DNA of 64,000 bases from Naegleria gruberi (taxonomy: Eukaryota), in assembly GCA_000004985.1 (NCBI GenBank), contig GG738846.1. One strand, 5' to 3'. Shown here one piece after another: positions 56,301 through 64,000 of this stretch. Under the pieces are notes generated by a model. It was not told the DNA's origin. It did not search any database and was given only the letters and a program-made list of their open reading frames with translations. The position numbers and the translations under genes are program-made. How positions within the stretch are numbered: the first letter of the stretch is position 1; every line of letters starts with the position of its first letter.

Positions 56301-59295
56301 CTTTATTGAGCCTGCATTAAGAATGCTTTCAGAGACAGGTAAATTACTACCAACTCTAACAAGCGAAACAAGTGAAGTGTTTGTTAGAATAATTGAAATA
56401 ATTAAGAGCTTGATTAAGGATAGAAGATATAATGATGTTTTGGATTATATTGAATCTGATACAATTGCAACAACAAAACTCAAGACAACTCAAAAAATGG
56501 AAATTTTGAGGTTGAGAGGGGAAGTATATTCAATTTGTGGTCGTTATGATGAAAGTTACCAAACATATGCTCAATCTGTTTCCTACTTCCCTCAAGAACC
56601 AAAATATACCTCTTCAATTACAACAACACCATCATGGGGTAAAAGTTTCTTCAAGTGGGCACTAGTTTTAGACAAGTTATTTGTTGAAAAATGGAATTCA
56701 CCAAATAGACATCAAAGAACCAAACAAAATTCTACAAAACATCCAACTCTCTCAATGACTGCTTTGGAATTTGCTGAAAATTGTATTGCTGCCTATTTGT
56801 TGGCAATTAAATATTCTGGAGGTGCCACTAATCACCAAAGTATTCAGGCCTCAGGTGCTACAGTTAGACAGTATATTGGACGTGTATTGTGGTTATTATC
56901 ATTTGATGAAGCTCTACCAACAGAAAAATCAAAAGCAACTCAAGAAGCTGTTTATCCACTTCAAAAAGTTGCTGAAAAGACTATTGGTGACATTCCTGCA
57001 TGGATGTGGATTCCTTGGCATCAACAATTATTCTCCATGCTACATCGTCGTGACTGTGAAGCCAACATTGCCAAACAATTGTTGAAAGCCATTCTCCTCA
57101 ACTTCCCTCAGTCTTCATTCCATACATTTAGAAGCTTTGTTCATGATTTGAGAGAACTGTTATCTTCTATTACTAAGAAGGTATCCACTAAATCTGATAC
57201 CGGGGATGCTACAGCACCTGCTACTCTAAGAAGTAATAACTCTAATATTCATGTTTCTATCAAGACTAGTGCTGAATCGTCTCAAAATCATAATCAATTC
57301 TATCACGATTTCTTCAAAAAAGTGAGAAGTCGTCTTGATGAAATTATGCAAGAAGGTAATAAGCAATTATTTAATGATTTGGAATCAATGTACAAAGAGT
57401 TGACAAAATACAAGTCTGAACCTGAAGAAGAATTAGCCAAATCATTTGAATTAATGTTAGAAATAGCCTTCGGATTTAATATTTATTCAAATCAAGATGC
57501 CATGATTCTTGATGATGAGACCCATTTCATTCCTCCTATATTGATAGAGTATTCAAAGAGAATTATTGAATGTTACTTTGGTGATATTATTCAACCTGGA
57601 ACTGTTCCACAACAACCCCAACCACAACAAGCAAAGACTTCCTTCTTATCAGAATATCAAAGTGAAATTGTAGCTGATATTCTACCAAGAAAAGAAAGAC
57701 TTGAATATGCCAAGACTTTGAAATATGTAGCTAAAACTATAACTAATCTTGGTCCAAGAACAATAATAGAGCTTGTAAATAACTTGAAGAAATGGATTGG
57801 TGTTATTCAAAAGAAGAAAATCAATTTGATTCCAACTATTATTGGTATTGAAACTCAAAAAGCTAAATTAATGGAACACAAATCTTATCCTGATATTGAA
57901 ATTCCAGGACAATATGAACTCACTAGTGATAGGGAACCATTCGCTGAAAGGCATGAAAGAATTCTTTGTCTTCTTCCGTCAATATCTATGAAGAATAAGA
58001 AGAATAGAGAAACTGGTAGAAGTATTTCTTTGAGAAGTGTTTCAGGAAAGATCTTTAAATTCTTTATTCAATCAACCTCTTCTGTTGATGATACTACTCT
58101 CAAGACAGAAGAAAAAATGGCCTCTCTCATTAGACATATTAACAGATTGTTAGATAAGGATAAAACTGCAAAGAGTCATAACAATGTTCACTTGGAATAT
58201 CCTATAATCATTACCGCCAATCAAAGAATTAGATTTATTCGTGAAGATTATGATTATATTTCCTTGGATGAAATATATCATGATTATTGTGAATCCATGG
58301 CTAAATCCATTGATACTCCAATACTTAAATATTGGCAAGAAATGAATAAGGCATGTTCTGAGCACCAAAATGAGCTTGAAACAAAATTGAATGTATTTAA
58401 CACCATTCTTGAATCTAGAGGAAATGATGATTTATCTCTAAAAATTCCTGATACAATAATGCTCAACTACTTTAGAGGTATTTGTCCAAGTTGGAGTGAA
58501 TTTTACAAGATTCGAAAGACATTTGGTGGCCAATTGGGTATTTATAATGTGTTGAATTATTTACTACATACCAAGGATAGGCAACCATATAAGATTCTCA
58601 TTGCAAAGAATAGTGGTAATCTTTTCCAATTCGATTTAAGACCTAATATTCAAAAATCTACTGGTTTAATTGTTAGGGATGACCCAACACCTTTTAGACT
58701 TACTAGAAATATGATTCAATTCCTCTCTCAATTTGGTGTTGAAGGCTACTTGTTGAATTCAATGTCTTCTGTTGCTTGTTCCCTTTCTGATAACAAGGAT
58801 GTTTTCGAATCTCTTATTCAATTATTTATTAGAGACGAACTCATCTCTTATCATAACTTTAATGTAGATTTACTCAATAATGAGAGTAGCACTCCAATGG
58901 GAGAAAACCGTTTCTGTTTCAATGATGACCTTGTTAAGGGTTGCGTTCAACAAAACCTAGATTCAATTATGGGATTAGTTGCTGAAATGGCTCCACCAAT
59001 TCCACAAAATTTGACTTGTAATCCACCACAAGTTCTTCCAGCAAAGAAGAAGTCCAAGAAGGAGTCCGTATCTTCAGACACTATTGATAATATTTCTGCT
59101 GCTTCTCCAAGTGTTACAACACCATCTACTCCATCTTCTTTCATATCAACTCCAACGATTTCAGCGAGCTCCCAACCTGTTTCTAATATTTTAGACTTGC
59201 CACCCCTCAATAGCAAGGTCTATGAACTCATTCAACAAGCTTCACAACCTGAAAGATTATGTTTGAAAGATCCAAGTTATTATGCATGGTTCTAA
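47339..59295 (+). CDS. TRA1: Tra1/TRRAP, the SAGA/NuA4 scaffold and PIKK pseudokinase, about 3944 aa. Three exons: 47339-47447, 47528-47739, 47782-59295.
   Basis: Exon 1 (MSDHLSSHHAAGSQ...ESLRRSN) ends G/GTATGT. Exon 2 reads (D)IINLTKVLTELRDILESASLSECFEFSSILLRPLVEFLNEG...IIQKLPHTE and ends GTTAGT. Exon 3 begins LFDERAGKKDDLVLLVNSLINVIKTDNEINGVVAIRLIIEIQKCF, colinear with the TRRAP N-terminus. The giant HEAT/FAT body ends in a PI3K-like fold and a FATC tail, LIQQASQPERLCLKDPSYYAWF. Confidence 0.85.
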
Positions 59296-59505
59296 GTAAA
59301 TAAAATCAATAAATGATTATGTTGCATGATTCAAATAATTGACTCGGAAATTTTCAAAATATTGAAGTATCAACTAATAGTCAACTCATCCAGTCAATTA
59401 TGATCATCCTAACAAGTTTGAGCCGCATCATTCAAGTCGGACTTTTGTTTCAAGTATTAATGGTACAAATAAGAGTCCGAACACCAAAAACCCAATAAAA
59501 AAAAC

Positions 59506-61597
59506 ATGATGCACACCACTACTCCTTGCAAAAGCATGATACTGGATACAAGCGCCTTGTTTACTATCATGCATTATAAATCAGAGAAAGTACACATTCT
59601 CAAAACTCCACAAGAAATTGCAGAACAAGTTTCCGATAAAATAATTCAAACAATCAATTCCAATAATTTGAAAGGAAAACCAACAGTATTGTGTCTACCA
59701 ACTGGTAGTACTCCAATTCTTACCTACAAAGCCCTTGTAGAAAAGTATAAGAAGGGATTGGTATCATTTGAAAATGTTATAACTTTTAATTTGGATGAAT
59801 ATTATCCAATGGAATCAACCCACAAACAATCCTATCATTACTTTATGAATGAAAATTTATTTTCCCATATTAATATCAAGAAGGAAAATATCCATATTCC
59901 AGATGGTCAACTCCCAATCGAAAAAGTTGCTCAATTTTGTGAAGATTATGAAAATGAGATTCAGCAATTAGGAGGTTTTGATTTGGCTATTTTGGTATGT
60001 TTTTACAATTATCATTACTTCTCATTTTAATCAATTTTATATTAAATACCTTCTTAAATAGGGAATTGGAAGAACTGGTCACATTGGTTTCAATGAACCT
60101 GGTAGTCATTTAACAGATGGTACTAGAATGGTCCTATTAGATCAAAAAACCAGACTTGATGCAGCTTCCTCATTCAAAGGAATTCAAAATGTTCCAACCA
60201 GAGCAATCACACAAGGTATTAGTACTATTCTCAATTCAAAAGAAATTCTTCTCCTTGCAACTGGTGAATCCAAATCTGAAATTATCAAAAAGGCTATGGA
60301 AGACAAATTTGAAGATCCAACAGAATGTCCAGCAACATTTTTACGAGTTCATCCAAATACTCACTATTATTTGGATATTGCTGCTAGTAATTTATTGAAA
60401 ATTGTTAAAACTCCATGGTTGGTAGATCGTAATTTTAATGATTGGTCATTCGAATGGAAAAAGAAGGCTGTTGTTAATTTGGCAAAAGAAACTCGAAAGG
60501 GAATTTGTGAATTGAGTGCTGAAGATTTCTCAAAACATGGGCTCACCAGTTTATTATCTCATGAAAAGTATAACACTGACAAGTTGTGCTTCTCAATTTT
60601 CCAAGATTTAATGAAGAGAATTGCCTTTGCTACTGAAAAATCTGACATTGTTCCTGATAACATCAACGATCCAGTTCTCATCTTTTCTCCTCATCCAGAT
60701 GATGATGTCATTTCTATGGGTGCAATGATGCATTGTATTATTTCTAGAAGAAAGGAGCAATTACCACCAGAACAAAGGGATCAAACTGACATTAATGTCA
60801 AAGTTTGTTACATGACTAATGGATCAGTTGCTGTACATGAAAACAATGTAAAGAATCATTTAAGATTCAGCTCTCTAACAAGTGAAACACTTGGAAAGGA
60901 TTTTATTAACAATCAAGATATTTCTCAAATTTTGGAAAAGAAGGATAAGAATGACCCAGATAGTGAACTGGTACAAAAGTTGAAGGCAAATATCAGAAAA
61001 GCTGAAGCTATGGATGCAGTTGATGTGTTGTAAGTACTTCTTTAATCGATTCAATTCTTAATCTTTTTTAGAGGATTGCACGGAGAAAGAGATTGCATAT
61101 TCCTTGATCTTCCTTTTTATAGAACTGGAAAAGTACAAAAGAAGCCACTTGGACAGGAAGATGTAGATATGGTCAAAGACTTAATTACACAAAGAAAACC
61201 AAAACATATCTTTATTGCTGCAGATTTGTCCGATCCTAATGGAACACATCGTGTGGTTTATAGAGCTATCAAGATGGCTCTTGAACAATTGGCAGATCAA
61301 GTTAGTGACGTGTTGTGTTGGCTTTACAGAGGAGCTTGGCAAGAATGGGATATTGAGGAAGCAACCTATTTCATTCCATTTACAAAATATCAAATGGATT
61401 TGAAGATTGATGCCATTTACAAACATCAATCCCAAAAAGATAGAGCACTCTATCCAGGTGATGATGCTCGTGAATTTTGGCAAAGAGCAAAGGATAGAAA
61501 TACTGAAACAGCTGTCACTTTAGGTAATTTAGGGTTGCCAAAATTTTGTGGTGTGGAAGCCTATGTTACTGTTAAACCATCACAAATTCCAGAATAA
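59506..61597 (+). CDS. Glucosamine-6-phosphate deaminase (NagB) fused to a C-terminal LmbE/PIG-L-type (GlcNAc deacetylase-like) domain, 660 aa. Three exons: 59506-59994, 60062-61029, 61072-61597.
   Basis: NagB blocks are VLCLPTGSTPILTYKALVEKYKKGLVSFENVITFNLDEYY and, after a 67 bp GTATGT intron, GIGRTGHIGFNEPGSHLTDGTRMVLLD. The C-terminal half carries the LmbE signature VLIFSPHPDDDVISMGAMM. A second, 42 bp intron (TT/GTAAGT ... TTTTAG/A) joins ...DAVDVL to GLHGERDCIFLDLPFYRTG.... The length and architecture match the bacterial long-form NagB. Confidence 0.7.
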
Positions 61598-61756
61598 AGC
61601 TCAAATAAACTGAACTCAAATATTCAGATCTTTTCAAAAATTTAAGAAAAAATATTATAAATTTATTCACATTAAGGTGAGAAAAGGAAGCCTTCACTAA
61701 GGTATTAAATCATTAAATAGCAGCTACCAAAACACCTGGTAAAACTATTTGGCTAA

Positions 61757-63340
61757 TTATTTCTTGTTAGCAACAACAGATACCCAAGAAACTGGTTGAT
61801 CAGTTGAAGTGGTTGGAGCTAGTACTGGAGTAGCGTTGGTTACATTAATGGATGGAGCTGATGATTCAGTTGTAGCAACATTGGTTTTTGATTGTTGTTT
61901 TGGCTCTTTGGTTTCCTTAGTTTCGGATTTTTGAGGCTTGCTATAATGAGGCTTTTGATGTGTAAGAGTATGAGCTGGAGCATTGCTTCCTCTTCTTTTC
62001 CTTGACTTGGCAAAGAAATGAGAAGTGGATGGGGTATCAGGTGTCTTGATGTCCTTAGCTGTTATAGCAGCTTCAGCGAATGAAGACTTTGGAATCAACA
62101 AGTTGGTTGGCTTAACTGATTGGACAGATGGTGTGGTTCCTTCCTTTTCAGTTTCGAGTGGGAGAGTTTGATTGGCAAGTTGACTCTTATCCATTTGAGG
62201 TTTGTGTAACTCTAAATCCTTTTTAGGTTCCTTCAAAATTGCTATACATTCAGTTCCGTTCAAAATTTCTGGTTTGGTATCGTGTTCACCCTTTTCTTGT
62301 TGTTCCATATAAACACTCATAACAGTTTGCTTACTATAACGCAAGAACTTTTGATTTCCGTATCCAGCTTGTTCAGTTTCATTCATCTTTGGAAGTGGAG
62401 GGAAACTCTTTGTGCTACTCAAGTTCAACATATCTTTACGTGGTCTAGTTTGTTTACTAACATTACTAGCTTGGCTGTTTCTACTACCACTGTTGCTTCT
62501 AGTTCTTCCTCCTCGTTGACTAGTTCCCCTATTGTTGTTGTTGTTGTTGTTATTATTGTTTCTATTGCCATTTTGAGAGGATTGAGGTGTAGTAGTGGCG
62601 GAAGTTGAAGGAGAAGTTTGTTGTTGTTTGTTGAAACTTCTTTCCTTTGGTTGTTGGCTTCCATTATTTTGATTTGTTCTATTGTTGTTATTGAATTTTC
62701 TATTTCCTCTATTGTTATTGTAAGAGTATTGATAACCATTTTGTGGAGTTTGTGGAGTTGGAGTAGTACCAACAGTCTTTAACAAGCTTTCAGTTTTAAT
62801 TCTTGCCTGTATTGGTTTTTCATCCCATTGTTGAGTCTTTAAGTGTTGAACAGCTTCAATGGTTTTTTCTTCTGTTTCAAATGAAGTGAACCATGTATTT
62901 CCAATGTCGCTATGGATATTAACAGGTTGGTTATCATGAGAGAAAAGTTTAAGGATTTCTTCTTTTGGAACATTTTGAGAAATGTCTCGGATAATGACTG
63001 TATTTCTCTTCAAGACAATGTTTGGTTTGAGTTTCTTGTTTGCTGCATCAAGAATAACCTGATTCGAGTTCTTTACAGCCTCACAAATCAAATCCAAGTC
63101 GTTAGTGAGGGTTTTAATCATTTTGAAATTAGCAATGACAGAAACTGGGACAAAGAGGTCATGACTCATTTGGGAAACCAAATAGTGGTCAGTAGAGAGG
63201 TTTTGACGAGAAAAGTAGTATTCAACTTGTTTACAAATGGCTTCTTTCAACTCATCTCTAGTTAATTGTTTCTTTTCAGTTGTTTGCTCAACATTTTCAG
63301 TAGCTGGTGTTGCTTGGGTGGATTCGCTTTGTTGACTCAT
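61757..63340 (-). CDS. La-related protein (La motif plus RRM-like), 527 aa, with poly-Asn and low-complexity Q/N/S/T regions.
   Basis: The La motif is LTRDELKEAICKQVEYYFSRQNLSTDHYLVSQM...FVPVSVIANFKMIK. It is followed by an RRM-like region, an N11 tract and an ST-rich tail. Confidence 0.6.
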   Translation of the reverse strand: MSQQSESTQATPATENVEQTTEKKQLTRDELKEAICKQVEYYFSRQNLSTDHYLVSQMSHDLFVPVSVIANFKMIKTLTNDLDLICEAVKNSNQVILDAANKKLKPNIVLKRNTVIIRDISQNVPKEEILKLFSHDNQPVNIHSDIGNTWFTSFETEEKTIEAVQHLKTQQWDEKPIQARIKTESLLKTVGTTPTPQTPQNGYQYSYNNNRGNRKFNNNNRTNQNNGSQQPKERSFNKQQQTSPSTSATTTPQSSQNGNRNNNNNNNNNNRGTSQRGGRTRSNSGSRNSQASNVSKQTRPRKDMLNLSSTKSFPPLPKMNETEQAGYGNQKFLRYSKQTVMSVYMEQQEKGEHDTKPEILNGTECIAILKEPKKDLELHKPQMDKSQLANQTLPLETEKEGTTPSVQSVKPTNLLIPKSSFAEAAITAKDIKTPDTPSTSHFFAKSRKRRGSNAPAHTLTHQKPHYSKPQKSETKETKEPKQQSKTNVATTESSAPSINVTNATPVLAPTTSTDQPVSWVSVVANKK

Positions 63341-64000
63341 GATGTTGCTCTGTGTGTTTAGAATTCCCTTTTAAAGTCGAGAATAATGATAATGATGTTG
63401 TTTTTAAAAAACTCAAAGAGTAATTTGCTCTCCGTAAAAGAATTTGTGCTTTTTAGAAGGAGAGAATGTTGTTTGCTTGCTGTGTCTAACAAGTTAGCCT
63501 GCTGATGAGAGATGCAACAAGAGGGAAAAGTATATTTTTTTTGCGTTCTTCTCTCGGAAAACAGAGATGCAAGCTTTTGTTGTTGGCAAGCCTTTGGTTG
63601 AGTCGGCAGAGGTTCAGAGTGAAAAGGCTTTACAAAATAATGTTGTTTATCACTGTGGGGAAGATATCTTTGCATTTCCATAGTAGAGATAATCACCTTG
63701 TTCTCTTCTAATTGCAACTAAACTACTAAATCTAATTGTTTTACTTTGAGAGAAGAGAATCAATATTCTTCATGAAGTAGTGTTGTCGTGAATCCATTTT
63801 AGAGGCTACTGGTTATTGTACATGTTATCTCAAAGTGGATAATGAAATTAGGTAATGCAAACTAGAATCATTTATTAATTTCCTTCTTCTCCAATAATTT
63901 CACCTAACGATGGTTCATCGCTGTACAATGCTGATGATGTTGTAGGATTAAAAAAACCTATGTTAATATCCAAAGTTTGAGTCTTTTTAGATAATTCATT

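Noticed and set aside
63400-63560. U6/U6atac-like similarity (AAGGAGAGAA..., ACAGAGATG).
   Set aside because: The match covers only about 10-12 nt. There is no AGC triad, no 5' stem-loop, no 3' telestem and no U-tract.

Overview
This is eukaryotic nuclear DNA: AT-rich, very gene-dense (about 35 protein genes in 64 kb, on both strands), with short spliceosomal introns of 41-135 bp carrying GTAAGT/GTATGT/GTAGGT donors. Introns sit mostly at gene 5' ends, and TAA/TAG/TGA are all used as stops. Start ATGs lie in A-rich contexts. The architecture looks like a compact fungal-type genome, but the organism cannot be named from the sequence alone. COX16, a CHCH protein, an S18-domain mitoribosomal protein and adrenodoxin reductase point to normal aerobic mitochondria.

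Genes recognised from conserved motifs:
- a VAMP7-like longin R-SNARE (partial)
- a sphingosine/diacylglycerol-kinase-like lipid kinase
- RACK1
- a Sel1-repeat protein
- COX16
- KRI1
- a short KNL1/Spc105 kinetochore protein
- a Ydj1-type DnaJ
- Hsp10
- TrmO
- a canonical Dicer
- KIN17
- a Utp12-domain WD protein
- ALG6
- adrenodoxin reductase
- NOP2
- a Rab4-like GTPase
- PDCD5
- an APC7-like TPR protein
- an adenosine-deaminase-like protein
- CDC123
- a CHCH protein
- Tra1/TRRAP (about 3944 aa)
- a 660-aa NagB-LmbE fusion
- a La-related protein

I reconstructed several intron models by hand from the ORF track, including two micro-exons of 10 and 12 nt in the Rab gene.

Main oddities: (1) a bacterial-type long-form glucosamine-6-phosphate deaminase fused to an LmbE/PIG-L domain and interrupted by introns, a candidate horizontal transfer; (2) a roughly 2.3 kb tandem duplication bracketing an N-gap, with haplotype-like divergence; (3) a roughly 155 bp dispersed hairpin-containing repeat family found upstream of genes. 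No tRNA, rRNA or CRISPR was found. Coordinates of spliced models are my own hand reconstructions and need RNA-seq confirmation.
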